From Bacillota bacterium (GTDB lineage Bacteria > Bacillota > Clostridia > Christensenellales > Borkfalkiaceae): 64,000 nt of DNA. The DNA is taken from contig JAHZBZ010000006.1 of the NCBI GenBank assembly GCA_019423125.1, forward strand, positions 42,404 through 106,403, in the 5' to 3' direction. A program made the position numbers and the translations under genes. Below the pieces are notes generated by a model, which was not told the DNA's origin, searched no databases, and was given only the letters and a program-made list of their open reading frames with translations. Below are positions 8,544-17,763 of this stretch, one piece after another. Each line of letters starts with the position of its first letter. The stretch's first letter is position 1.

Positions 8544-9734
8544 ATGAAAGAGATCTATTTTGACCACGCGGCGACGACGCCCGTCGATCCCCGCGTGCTG
8601 GAAAAGATGCTTCCCTTTTTTGCGGAGAATTTCGGAAACCCCAACTCCCAGCACCTGTTCGGCAGGCGCGCGGTGGAGGCGGTGGACGCCGCGCGCGATG
8701 AGATCGCGCGCCTGTTGGGCGCAAAGCCCTCCGAGATCTACTTCACGTCGGGCGGCACCGAATCGGACAACTGGGCGATGCGCGGCGCGGCGCACGCGAA
8801 CGCGCACAGGGGCAGACACCTCGTCGTGAGCCGTATCGAGCATCCCGCCATGCTCTCCACCGCGAAGGAGCTGGAAAAGGAGGGGTTCGAGGTCACATAC
8901 GTCCCCGTCGACGAATACGGCAGGGTAGACACGGATGCGTTTGCGGCTGCCCTGCGCGCGGACACGGTGTTCGCGGGCGTGATGACGGCGAACAACGAGA
9001 TCGGCACTCTGCAGCCCGTGCGCGAGCTGTACGCGCTCTGCCGCGCGCGCGGCATTCCCTTCTTCACCGACGCGGTGCAGGCGGCGGGCATTCTGCCCGT
9101 AGACGCGTCCATGGCGGACATGATCTCCCTTTCGGGGCACAAGTTCTACGGCCCGAAGGGGGTAGGGGTGCTGTACGTGCGCACGGGTCTTAAACTCGGC
9201 AAGATCGTGACGGGCGGGCATCAGGAGCGCTCCATGCGCGGCGGCACGACCAACGTTCCGGGCGTGGTCGGGCTCGCCGAGGCGCTCCGCCTCGCCGTGC
9301 TGGAGCGGGAGCGCGACGCGGCGCACGAGCGCGCCCTTCGCGATCGGTTCGTCTCCCGCGTGCTCGCGGAGATCCCGTACGTCAAGTACAACGGGCACCC
9401 GACCGAGCGCCTGCCAGGGAACGCGAATCTTTCCTTCCGCTATGTGGAGGGGGAGTCCCTGCTGTTCAGCCTCGACCTTGCGGGCATCGCCGTGTCCAGC
9501 GGCTCGGCGTGTTCTTCGGGTTCGCTGGAGCCCTCGCACGTCCTGCTCGCGACGGGCATGAGCGAGGGGCTTGCGCACGGCTCGCTGCGCTTCTCCTTCG
9601 GCAGGCACAACACCGCCGAGGAGGTCGATCTTGCGGTGGACAGGCTCAAAGAGATCGTCGTGCGGCTGCGCGCGCTCTCGCCGCTCTTCCCCAAAGAGCT
9701 TAAAAACGAAGTATACGAGAGAAAGGAGGACTGA
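8544..9734 (+). CDS. iscS: Cysteine desulfurase (NifS/IscS, class I)
   Basis: PLP-lysine motif SLSGHKFYGPKGVG and active-site loop SSGSACSSG. Confidence 0.9.
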   Translation: MKEIYFDHAATTPVDPRVLEKMLPFFAENFGNPNSQHLFGRRAVEAVDAARDEIARLLGAKPSEIYFTSGGTESDNWAMRGAAHANAHRGRHLVVSRIEHPAMLSTAKELEKEGFEVTYVPVDEYGRVDTDAFAAALRADTVFAGVMTANNEIGTLQPVRELYALCRARGIPFFTDAVQAAGILPVDASMADMISLSGHKFYGPKGVGVLYVRTGLKLGKIVTGGHQERSMRGGTTNVPGVVGLAEALRLAVLERERDAAHERALRDRFVSRVLAEIPYVKYNGHPTERLPGNANLSFRYVEGESLLFSLDLAGIAVSSGSACSSGSLEPSHVLLATGMSEGLAHGSLRFSFGRHNTAEEVDLAVDRLKEIVVRLRALSPLFPKELKNEVYERKED

Positions 9735-9737
9735 AAG

Positions 9738-10121
9738 ATGTACACGGAAAAGGTGATGGAGGCGTTCCGCAACCCGAAAAACGTGGGCGAGATAGAGAAC
9801 TGCGACGGCATGGGCATGATCGGCAGCGAGGCGTGCGGCGACATCATGCAGGTGTTCCTGCGCGTGGAGGAGGGGGTCATCACGGACGCGAAGTTCAAGA
9901 CCTTCGGCTGTGCCGCGGCGATCGCGACCTCTTCGACGGCGACGGAGATGATCAAGGGCAAGACGGTGGACGAGGCGCTCGAGCTGACCAACAAGAAGGT
10001 GGTGGAGGCGCTGGGCGGGCTCCCGCCGCAGAAGATCCACTGCTCGGTGCTCGCCGAACAGGCGATCCGCGCCGCCATCGAGGACTACAAAAAGCGGAGG
10101 GGCGAAGATGCGCAAGGCTGA
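9738..10121 (+). CDS. iscU: Fe-S cluster assembly scaffold (IscU/NifU N-terminal type)
   Basis: CGD, FGCAAAIA and IHCSVLA motifs; 127 aa. Confidence 0.9.
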   Translation: MYTEKVMEAFRNPKNVGEIENCDGMGMIGSEACGDIMQVFLRVEEGVITDAKFKTFGCAAAIATSSTATEMIKGKTVDEALELTNKKVVEALGGLPPQKIHCSVLAEQAIRAAIEDYKKRRGEDAQG

Positions 10122-10599
10122 CCGCGCGATCGAAGACGAGGCGGAGAGGTTGGAAGCGCTCCTCTCCTGCGACTGGCTCACCCTCTCGCTCGCGGACGAG
10201 GACGGCGCGCCCTATTGCGTGCCGCTCAATTTCGGCGCGGAGAAAACGCGCGAGGGGGTCGCATTGTACTTTCACTGCGCGCGCGAGGGCAAAAAGCTCG
10301 ATCTTCTGCGCGCGGACGGGCGCGTCGCCTTCTGCGCGGCGCGGCTGCACCGCGTCTTCAACAAAGGGGTGGCGCCCTGCGGCTGGACGAGCGATTACAC
10401 CAGCGTTTGCGGCAGGGGCGAGGCGGAGATCCTGCGCGGCGAAGCGGAGCGCCTGCACGGGCTCAAGGTGCTGATGCGCCATTACACGGACGAGCGGTTT
10501 TCGGACGAGAGCTTCGCGCCGCGCGCGCTCGCACTGTGCGAAGTGGTGCGCGTCCGCGTGCGCGAATGGACGGGCAAGCGCCTCGTGCGCCCGGAATGA
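10108..10599 (+). CDS. Pyridoxamine 5'-phosphate oxidase family (NimA-like flavin-binding) protein
   Basis: 163 aa with split-barrel-like sequence (PYCVPLNF...LYFHCAREGKKLDLL...VAFC). Overlaps iscU by 14 nt. Confidence 0.65.
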   Translation: MRKADRAIEDEAERLEALLSCDWLTLSLADEDGAPYCVPLNFGAEKTREGVALYFHCAREGKKLDLLRADGRVAFCAARLHRVFNKGVAPCGWTSDYTSVCGRGEAEILRGEAERLHGLKVLMRHYTDERFSDESFAPRALALCEVVRVRVREWTGKRLVRPE

Positions 10600-10604
10600 C
10601 GAAA

Positions 10605-10756
10605 GGGCGGCGCGCAAAGGTTCCCTTTGCGCGCCGCCCGCGAGATGAGAGGGCAACGAGAGGCAAACGCCCGCCTGCGCAAAGGAATTTGCGCAGGCGG
10701 GCGTTTGCCTTGCCGCACGGTCTGCGGGCGCGGTTTTTTTGAAAAACCGCGCCCGC
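10605..10756. terminator. Three consecutive GC hairpins between convergent genes
   Basis: Perfect or near-perfect palindromes at 10605-10639, 10664-10707 and 10724-10756. The last has an A/T loop and works in both orientations. Confidence 0.55.
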
Positions 10757-10769
10757 AGTGTCAAATTTG

Positions 10770-11603
10770 TCATTTTCCGAGCTCGAAGAGCAGGTCGGAA
10801 AGCGTTGCGAGCTGTTCGGGCGAGAGCGTCTCGCCGCGCGCCTTTTCGGGCACGCCCGCGCGCGCGAGCAGGTCCTGCGCTTCGGCGCGGCTGAGCGAGA
10901 AGGCGTTGACGAGGTTGTTTTCCAGCGTCTTGCGCCGCGAGAGAAAGGCGGCGCGCACGGTGTCGCGGTAGCACTTTTCGCTCTTTACGGGGATGCGTCC
11001 CTCCTCGAAATCCAGCCGCACGACGGCGCTGTCCACGTTGGGCACTGGCACGAACAGATTGCGCGGCACGTTGCGCACGATGGCGGCGGACGCCCTGCGC
11101 GCGACGGCGGCGGTGATCGCGCCGTATTCGGGGGTGCCCGCCTGTGCGCACAGCCGCTTTGCGACGTCGTCCTGCACCATGACGACGAGGCGCACCGCCT
11201 TTTTGCTCCCCTCGACGAACTTCATCAGAAGGGGGGTGGTGATGTAGTAGGGCAGGTTCGCGATGACGATGTAGGGGGGAAGCTCCGCCTCGACGGCGGA
11301 AAGGTCCGCCTTGAGGAAGTCCTGAAAGCGCACTTCGGCGTTGGGCACGTCCGCAAGCGTCTCCGCGAGCACGGGCCGCAGTTTCTCGTCTATCTCGTAG
11401 GCGATCACCCGCTTTGCCGTCTGCGCGATGGCGCGCGTCAGCGTCCCCGCGCCGCACCCGATCTCGAGCACGCAGCTCTCCGCGTCCGCGCCCGCGTCCG
11501 CGACGATCGCGCGCAGCAGGTTCGCGTCGGAGAGGAAGTTCTGCCCGAACTGTTTTTTGAAGGAAAAGCCGTGTTTTGCGAGCAGAAGCCGCAGATTTTC
11601 CAT
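10770..11603 (-). CDS. rsmA: 16S rRNA (adenine1518/1519-N6)-dimethyltransferase RsmA/KsgA
   Basis: KKQFGQNFL at the N-terminus, SAM motif VLEIGCGAGTLT, and NLPYYITTP. Confidence 0.9.
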   Translation of the reverse strand: MENLRLLLAKHGFSFKKQFGQNFLSDANLLRAIVADAGADAESCVLEIGCGAGTLTRAIAQTAKRVIAYEIDEKLRPVLAETLADVPNAEVRFQDFLKADLSAVEAELPPYIVIANLPYYITTPLLMKFVEGSKKAVRLVVMVQDDVAKRLCAQAGTPEYGAITAAVARRASAAIVRNVPRNLFVPVPNVDSAVVRLDFEEGRIPVKSEKCYRDTVRAAFLSRRKTLENNLVNAFSLSRAEAQDLLARAGVPEKARGETLSPEQLATLSDLLFELGK

Positions 11604-11732
11604 AATTTCTCTCCCGTCCGTTGAAATATCCGCCCGCAGTTCGGGCATACTGTCAAAGAAGCGAGCGGGGAACTCCCGCCGCCGAGACAAATGAGAAAGG
11701 GAGACCGCTTTTTGCGCGGTTTCCCGATTTTT

Positions 11733-12335
11733 TTATTCGCTGTCCGCGATATAGGGGCGCACGCGCAGCGTCACGCCGCAGTTTTCGGCGATCTCGCGGC
11801 ACAGCGCGATCTTCTCGGGTCCGATCACGTCCACGACCGAAAACCAAACCTTCGCGCCGTGCGCCGCGCATTTTTTCGCAAAATCCTGCAGCCCTTCGAA
11901 CGCCGCGGCGCCGTAGGCGGGGCGGCACAGCTTTACATAGTCCTCCGCCGTCCCCTCGTTGAGGCTGACGTTGATCTCGTCCACCGCCTCGCACAGCTCC
12001 TTCGTCACGTCCCGCTTTGCGAGCATGTTCGCCTGTCCGTTGGTGTTCAGCCGCACGAGCGCGCCGCGCGCGCGGAGCGCCCTGCCCACTTCGAGCAGGG
12101 TGTCGAGGCGGATGGTCGGCTCGCCGAACCCGCAGAACACGTATTCGCGGTATTTTTTTATGTCCGCAGGGATGCGTTCGAGCACTTCCTGCGCCGTCGG
12201 CTCGTGCTCCAGCCACAGCTTGTGCCCGAAATAGGTCGTGTGTTCGTTCCGCACGCAGAAGGTGCAGTCGTTGGAGCACTTGCTCGTCAGGTTTATGTAG
12301 AGGTTTTCGCCCAGTTCGTAGGTATAGTTGTCCAT
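11733..12335 (-). CDS. Radical SAM protein, TatD-associated type
   Basis: CSNDCTFC (CxxxCxxC) lies near the N-terminus. About 200 aa, immediately downstream of tatD. Confidence 0.75.
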   Translation of the reverse strand: MDNYTYELGENLYINLTSKCSNDCTFCVRNEHTTYFGHKLWLEHEPTAQEVLERIPADIKKYREYVFCGFGEPTIRLDTLLEVGRALRARGALVRLNTNGQANMLAKRDVTKELCEAVDEINVSLNEGTAEDYVKLCRPAYGAAAFEGLQDFAKKCAAHGAKVWFSVVDVIGPEKIALCREIAENCGVTLRVRPYIADSE

Positions 12336-12351
12336 ATTTCTCCTTTTGCGC

Positions 12352-13119
12352 TCACAGGGAAAAGAGCGCGTGCGCGTTTTTCTCGATCTCGTCGGCAAGT
12401 TCTTCCGGGGGCACGCCGCGCAGTGCCGCGAGCTTTTCGTATACATACACGACGTTTTTGGGTGCGTTGGGTTTTCCGCGGTGCGGCTCGGGCGTGAGAT
12501 AGGGGCAGTCCGTCTCCGCGAGGATGCGGTCTTTTGGCACGATCTTTGCGACTTCGTCCAGGCGCCGCGCGTTTTTGAAGGTGACGGGCCCCGCGAAGGA
12601 GATGTACAGCCCGAGCTTTAAATACTCCTTCGCCGTCTCGGGGCTCCCCGAAAAACAGTGCATGACTCCGCCGTATCTGAGCTTCCCGCGGTTGTCGCGC
12701 AAGATCTGCAGCGTGTCCGCCGCCGCGTCGCGGCTGTGGATGCTCACGGGCAGTTCAAGCGCGCAGGCAAGCTCGAGCTGTGCCGCAAAGGCGTGCTTTT
12801 GCGCCTGCTCGTCCGTGCCGTCGTAGTGATAGTCCAGTCCGATCTCGCCCACTGCGACCCCCTTTTCGGAGCGCAAAAGCTCCGCCGTTTCGCAGAGCGC
12901 GCGCTCGGAAAATCCTTCGAGATTGGAGGGGTGAAACCCCGCCGCGAAAAAGACCCCGTCGTTCTGTTCGGCGATGCGCGCCGCAAGCGCGGAAGAGGGT
13001 AGGTCCCAGCCCACGCAGATCACCTTTTTCACGCCCGCCTGCGCCGCCTCCGCGAGCGCCTCGCGCGCGTCGCCGTAGCGATCTTCGTAATTCAAGTGTG
13101 CGTGCGTGTCGATGAACAT
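12352..13119 (-). CDS. tatD: TatD family metal-dependent hydrolase
   Basis: MFIDTHAHL start, GEIGLDYHY, SIHSRDA, VMHCFSG and ETDCPYL motifs. Confidence 0.9.
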   Translation of the reverse strand: MFIDTHAHLNYEDRYGDAREALAEAAQAGVKKVICVGWDLPSSALAARIAEQNDGVFFAAGFHPSNLEGFSERALCETAELLRSEKGVAVGEIGLDYHYDGTDEQAQKHAFAAQLELACALELPVSIHSRDAAADTLQILRDNRGKLRYGGVMHCFSGSPETAKEYLKLGLYISFAGPVTFKNARRLDEVAKIVPKDRILAETDCPYLTPEPHRGKPNAPKNVVYVYEKLAALRGVPPEELADEIEKNAHALFSL

Positions 13120-13148
13120 TTCTTTCGTCCTTTTTTTTGATATTCTCT

Positions 13149-13177
13149 ATTTTATATTTTTTGTCCGCGTTCGTCAA
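13149..13177 (-). promoter_or_regulatory. Sigma-70-like promoter of tatD
   Basis: On the minus strand: TTGACG (13177-13172), 17-nt spacer, TAAAAT (13154-13149). Confidence 0.5.
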
Positions 13178-13329
13178 GGAGTTCGCCGCCCCCGCAAAAA
13201 AAAGAGCGAATACCGCCCTCGTCCCGCTTCGCCGCGCCCGTCTGCTTCCTCGCAACAGCCTGAAACTTTAGCGCTTTCGCAAAAGGATCGTTGCCTTTGC
13301 GTCGTTGCGCGATGCTCGCCGCCGCGCTC

Positions 13330-13545
13330 GCGCGTCCGCCCGCCTGCGCCACGCCGCACGTTCGCGCCGCCTGCCGCAAGCACGTCCGCACGCCGCCCGC
13401 CTGCGCCACGCCGCATGCCTGCGCCGCGCCGCCCGCCTGCGCCACACCGCATGCCCGCAAGCACGTCCGCACGCCGCGCACCTGCGTCACGCCGCATGCC
13501 TGCGCCACGCCGCACGTTCGCGCCGCCCGCGTGCAACGTCCGAAA
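13330..13545. repeat. GC-rich degenerate short tandem repeats
   Basis: Reiterated CCGCCCGCCTGCGCCACGCCGCA(T/C)G... modules. The ORFs across them translate to PAPRR/ACATPHA low-complexity strings. Confidence 0.6.
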
Positions 13546-13570
13546 GTTCGCCGCCATAAATAATAACCTC

Positions 13571-13858
13571 GCCTCTGCCTTGTTGCGCGGCGGCGTATGG
13601 CGCAAAAACCGCATAGCGTTTTGCACATTTTGCGTCTGCGCCATGTCGTATGCGCGCGTGCTCGTCAGTTTGAAAGTTTTCGCCCTCCGAAAAGAGGGGA
13701 AAATCCGCCTCTGCCTTGTTGCGCGGCGGCATATGGCACAAAAACCGCAGAGCGTTTTGCACATTTTGCGTCTGCGCCAATCGTATGCGCGCGTGCTCGT
13801 CAGTTTAAAAGTTTTCGCCCTCCGAAAAGAGGGGAAAAATCCGCCTCTGCCTTGTTGC
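13571..13858. repeat. Tandem repeat, 136-bp unit x2.1
   Basis: GCCTCTGCCTTGTTGCGCGGCGGC... restarts at 13571, 13707 and 13843. The two full copies differ at only a few positions. Confidence 0.85.
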
Positions 13859-14134
13859 CCGTCCGCGCCGCCGTTCTCGAGCTTTCCTGCGCGGCACCCG
13901 CGCCGCAAGCGCCGTTCTTCCCGCGCAAGGCGCGGCGCGAAAAAGGGAGCTTTTTTTGCGGACGTATGTGCTCCTTGCGCGCCGAATCGGAAAAAACTTT
14001 CGCGATCGCGAAAAAAATAAACCCGCCCGCGCGGGGGCGCGGGCGGGGAGGTGGGAGATAGGCGCGCCCTTCCGCTTTCGCGGAATGGAAGGGAGAGATG
14101 AGGCGCGCCCGTCCGAAGGTGTGGGCAATTGTTC

Positions 14135-14170
14135 TGAAAAAAGAGCGGGGAATTCCCCGCCCCTTTTTTC
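14135..14170. terminator. Bidirectional intrinsic terminator downstream of metG
   Basis: GCGGGG-AATT-CCCCGC stem (14145-14160) flanked by an A-run (14135-14142) and a T-run (14164-14169). Confidence 0.6.
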
Positions 14171-14349
14171 CGGGATAACGCCGCACCCGTCCCCCGGCTA
14201 TGGAAAATTTCTCATTTGTTTTATGTCCGAAAAACAAAAAACGCGCGGTGCGGGCAGAACGTTACAAACATTCTACGCCTTCGCGCGCGTTTTGTCCACC
14301 ACCTTTTTGTCGAAATACCGCGACAAAGGGTTTACATTTTGATTTTTTT

Positions 14350-16320
14350 TCAGAAAATTCCGCTTCCGTCCTCGATGGGAGAGGCGGGAGAGAGCAGGCT
14401 GAGCTTGCCCTCGGCGTTCTCCGCGCACAGGATCATTCCCTCGCTGAGGATGCCGCGCAGTTTGACGGGTTTGAGGTTCGTGACCACGATCACGCTCTTT
14501 CCGATTATCTCTTCGGGCGAATAGTGCTTCGCGATGCCGCTGACCACGGTGCGCACTTCGTTGCCGATCTGCACGGTGTTTTTGAGCAGTTTGTCGCTCT
14601 TTTCCACCTTCTCGGACGCGATGACCTTGCCCACCTGCATGCGCACTTTCGCAAAGTCCTCGATGGAGATCTCGGCGGGGTATTCGGGCTCGTGTCCCTT
14701 GGCGGGCTTTTCGGCGGGCTTTTTCGTCTTGTCCGCCTTTTCCGCCTCCGCGTGCAGTTTTTCGTACATCGCCTCGACGTCCTTGTAGTTCTTGCGCTCG
14801 AACAGGTGCGTCTCTGCGGGGGAGACGGCGGTTCCGTTTTCGAGCATGCCGAACGTGCCGAGCTGAGAATAGGGGCGGAGCGACACGCCGAACTGCGCGA
14901 ACACCTTTTCCGCCGTCGCGGGCAGGAAGGGCTGCAGGAGCGAAGTCGCGATGACGATGCTCTCCGAGAGGTTGTAGAGGACCGTCGAAAGCCTGTCGCG
15001 CTTTGCCTCGTCCTTGGCGAGCTGCCAGGGCGCGGTCTCGTCGATATATTTGTTGCAGCGGCGCAGGAAGGTGAAGATCTCGCCCAACGCGTCGGAGACC
15101 TTGAATTCGTCCATCTTCGCCGCGACTTTTTCGTAAAGCGCCGTCGCCATGCCTTTGAGCTCGCCGTCCACGGGTTCCGCCGCGCCTTTGTCGCACAGCT
15201 TACCGTCAAAATAGCGCAGCGCCATCGCCGCCGTGCGCGAGACGAGGTTTCCGTAGGTGTTGGCGAGGTCGGAGTTCACGCGCTCGTTGATGAGCTCCCA
15301 GGTGATGTTCCCGTCCCCCTCGAAGGGCATGTCGTTCAGCACGAAATAGCGCACCGCGTCCACGCCGAACACCTTGACAAGTTCGTCCGCGTAGATCACG
15401 TTTCCGCGCGACTTGCTCATTTTGCTCCCGTCCATGAGCAGCCAGGGGTGTCCGAACACCTTTTTGGGCAGGGGAAGCCCCAACGCCATCAGGAAGATGG
15501 GCCAGTAGATGGTGTGGAAGCGGATGATGTCCTTTCCGATGACGTGCGCGTCGGCGGGCCAGTATTTTTTGAACAGCCCGCCGCTCTCGCCGTCTGCGTC
15601 GTAGCCCAACCCCGTGATGTAGTTGGTCAGCGCGTCCAGCCACACGTACACGACGTGTTTGGGGTCGAAATCGACGGGGATGCCCCACTTGAAGGAGGTG
15701 CGCGACACGCACAGATCCTGCAATCCGGGCTTCAGGAAGTTGTTGACCATCTCGTTCTTGCGCGAGACGGGCGTGATGAATTCGGGGTGCTGTTCGTAGT
15801 ATTCGAGCAGTCTGTCCGCGTATTTGCTCATGCGGAAAAAGTACGCCTCTTCCTTCGCGGGCTTCACCTCTCTGCCGCAGTCGGGGCACTTTCCGTCCTT
15901 GAGCTGGGAGGGGGTCCAGAACGCCTCGCAGGGGGTGCAGTACATCCCCTCATACGTCCCCTTGTAGATGTCGCCCTGTTCGTAGAGCTTTTTGAAGATC
16001 TTCTGCACCTGGCGCTCGTGATCCTCGTCGGTGGTGCGGATGAATTTGTCGTAGGACACGTTCATCAGGTCCCAGATCTCGCGGATCTGCCCCGCGACGC
16101 CGTCCACGAACTGCTTGGGCGTCACGCCCGCGGTCTTTGCCTTTTCCTCGATCTTCTGTCCGTGCTCGTCCGTGCCCGTCTGAAAGCGCACGTCAAAGCC
16201 CTGGTTGCGGCGGAAGCGCGCGATCGCGTCCGTCAGCACGATCTCGTAAGTATTCCCGATGTGCGGCTTGCCCGAGGTGTAGGCGATCGCCGTCGTGATG
16301 TAGTAGGGTCTTTTCTGCAT
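14350..16320 (-). CDS. metG: Methionine--tRNA ligase with C-terminal tRNA-binding (EMAP/Trbp111-like) domain
   Basis: HIGN (class I HIGH) at AYTSGKPHIGN, KMSKS, a zinc knuckle (CTPCEAF...CPDC), and a C-terminal VTNLKPVKLRGILSEGMIL. Confidence 0.95.
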   Translation of the reverse strand: MQKRPYYITTAIAYTSGKPHIGNTYEIVLTDAIARFRRNQGFDVRFQTGTDEHGQKIEEKAKTAGVTPKQFVDGVAGQIREIWDLMNVSYDKFIRTTDEDHERQVQKIFKKLYEQGDIYKGTYEGMYCTPCEAFWTPSQLKDGKCPDCGREVKPAKEEAYFFRMSKYADRLLEYYEQHPEFITPVSRKNEMVNNFLKPGLQDLCVSRTSFKWGIPVDFDPKHVVYVWLDALTNYITGLGYDADGESGGLFKKYWPADAHVIGKDIIRFHTIYWPIFLMALGLPLPKKVFGHPWLLMDGSKMSKSRGNVIYADELVKVFGVDAVRYFVLNDMPFEGDGNITWELINERVNSDLANTYGNLVSRTAAMALRYFDGKLCDKGAAEPVDGELKGMATALYEKVAAKMDEFKVSDALGEIFTFLRRCNKYIDETAPWQLAKDEAKRDRLSTVLYNLSESIVIATSLLQPFLPATAEKVFAQFGVSLRPYSQLGTFGMLENGTAVSPAETHLFERKNYKDVEAMYEKLHAEAEKADKTKKPAEKPAKGHEPEYPAEISIEDFAKVRMQVGKVIASEKVEKSDKLLKNTVQIGNEVRTVVSGIAKHYSPEEIIGKSVIVVTNLKPVKLRGILSEGMILCAENAEGKLSLLSPASPIEDGSGIF

Positions 16321-16461
16321 GATTCCCTCCGTGCGTAAAAAAGTTTGTCTGTCGTTCCTCATTATACCGCATTTTTCCGAGATTGTAAACCTCTTTTTGT
16401 GAAAGTTCGCCCGCATATCCCGCCTTTTGCGCGCATACGCATAAAAAAAGAGGTCTGTCCC

Positions 16462-17010
16462 ATGAATTTGTTTTTTGTTATCGTCTTTCTCGTCGCGTCC
16501 TTCGCGCTCTGCCTGCGCGACCCCGCCGCTTTTCTGCCCGCCCTTCTGGACGGCGCAAAGGACGCCGTCGCGCTCTGCATGTCCCTCGCCTGCGTGTACG
16601 CGGTGTGGCTGGGCTTTCTGAAGATCGCCGAGGACGCGGGCGTCCTGCGCGGTATGTCGCGCGCGATGCGGCCGATCACGCGCCGCCTCTTCCGCACGGA
16701 CAACCCCGCGGCGCTCGAAAAGATCGCCGTCAATCTCTCGGCGAACTTTCTCGGAATGGGCGGCGCCGCGACGAGCGCGGGCGTGGACGCGATGCGCCTT
16801 CTCGCCGCGGAAGGGGAGTTCTCGCGTGCGATGTTCTTCGTCGTGAACTGCGCGGGCGTACAGCTCCTGTCCACCACGGTTCTCTCCCTGCGCGCCGCCG
16901 CGGGCGCCGCGCAGGCGTTCGACGTCGTTTTGCCCATCTTGCTCTCCTCCGTGCTCGCCCTGCTCGTCGGCGCGGGGCTCGTCTTTCTCGTCTACGGGAG
17001 GAAAAAATGA
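16462..17010 (+). CDS. spmA: Spore maturation protein A (nucleoside-recognition/Gate domain membrane protein)
   Basis: NFLGMGGAATSAG motif, polytopic, with an ATGA overlap onto spmB. Confidence 0.75.
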   Translation: MNLFFVIVFLVASFALCLRDPAAFLPALLDGAKDAVALCMSLACVYAVWLGFLKIAEDAGVLRGMSRAMRPITRRLFRTDNPAALEKIAVNLSANFLGMGGAATSAGVDAMRLLAAEGEFSRAMFFVVNCAGVQLLSTTVLSLRAAAGAAQAFDVVLPILLSSVLALLVGAGLVFLVYGRKK

Positions 17011-17507
17011 ACTACTTTCTTCCCGTTCTGTTCGCGGCGGTCATCCTCTTCGCCTGCGCTAAAAAGGTCAGGGTGTACGACAGCTTCGCCGCGGGCGCGG
17101 CGAATGCGCTCCCGCTTTTGAAAAATCTCTTTCCCTTTCTCGCCTCCGTGCTCATCTTGAGCTCGCTTTTCGAGGCGAGCGGCCTCTCCGACGCGCTCGA
17201 AAAGGCGCTCGCGCCCGCCTTCTCCTTCGTCGGGATCCCGCCCCAGCTCGCGGGGCTCGTGCTCGTCAAGCCCTTTTCGGGCAGCGGCGCAACCGCCGTT
17301 CTGTCCGAAGTCTTTGCCGAATACGGCGTCGAATCGTACATCGCGCGCTGTGCCTGCGTCGTGTACGCCGCGGGGGAAACGGTGTTCTATCTCTCCGCCG
17401 TCTATTTCGCGGGCATCAAGGGAAAAACCGCCCTTCCCGTCGCCATCGCGCTCGTCGCAAACTTCATCGCCGCGATCGCGGGATGCTGGCTCTGCCGCGT
17501 GTTCTGA
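17007..17507 (+). CDS. spmB: Spore maturation protein B
   Basis: VKPFSGSGATAVLSEVF and GETVFYLSAVYF motifs; paired with spmA. Confidence 0.75.
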   Translation: MNYFLPVLFAAVILFACAKKVRVYDSFAAGAANALPLLKNLFPFLASVLILSSLFEASGLSDALEKALAPAFSFVGIPPQLAGLVLVKPFSGSGATAVLSEVFAEYGVESYIARCACVVYAAGETVFYLSAVYFAGIKGKTALPVAIALVANFIAAIAGCWLCRVF

Positions 17508-17683
17508 TAAAAATGTGAATTTTTAACCTTTTCATTTTCAGTCTGTTCATTTATGTAAAAAATTCACACAAATCGACGATTTTCGGGATATTTCCACCGA
17601 AAAGGACCAAAAGTGATAAAATATAACAATTTTTGAAAAGAAAAAATATTTCAAAATTTTTAGAAAAAAAATTAAAAAAGCAC

Positions 17684-17712
17684 TTTACAATTGGCGGCGG
17701 ATTGAATATAAT
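17684..17712 (+). promoter_or_regulatory. Near-consensus sigma-70 promoter with A/T-rich upstream tract; no CDS downstream
   Basis: TTTACA (17684-17689), 17-nt spacer, TATAAT (17707-17712). Preceded by about 45 nt of A/T runs (17641-17683). Confidence 0.6.
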
Positions 17713-17763
17713 AGGGGTGTAATCAAACGAAGAGCGCAGGCGCCTTTGTTTGGTTACCTCAAT

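Noticed and set aside
13106-14237. ORFs spanning the 13.1-14.2 kb repeats (304, 244, 158, 154, 145 aa) and the 17.7-18.6 kb repeats (270, 244, 138 aa)
   Set aside because: Their sequences are just translated tandem repeats (PAPRRMPAPRR..., RRAERKRPARKGGQISAFFQSAAPKEK...). They have no SD and no start context, and the reading frames are open on both strands.
16321-16461. Expected cis-regulatory RNAs: a T-box upstream of metG (16321-16461) or asnS (61750-61773), an S-box/SAM riboswitch upstream of metF (21875-22024), and a glmS ribozyme upstream of glmS (38115-38123) or the glm operon (36090-36205)
   Set aside because: The spacers are too short (9-150 nt, some shared with divergent promoters). 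None contains the conserved cores I know (T-box AGAGA/GNUGGNA, S-box, glmS ribozyme core).
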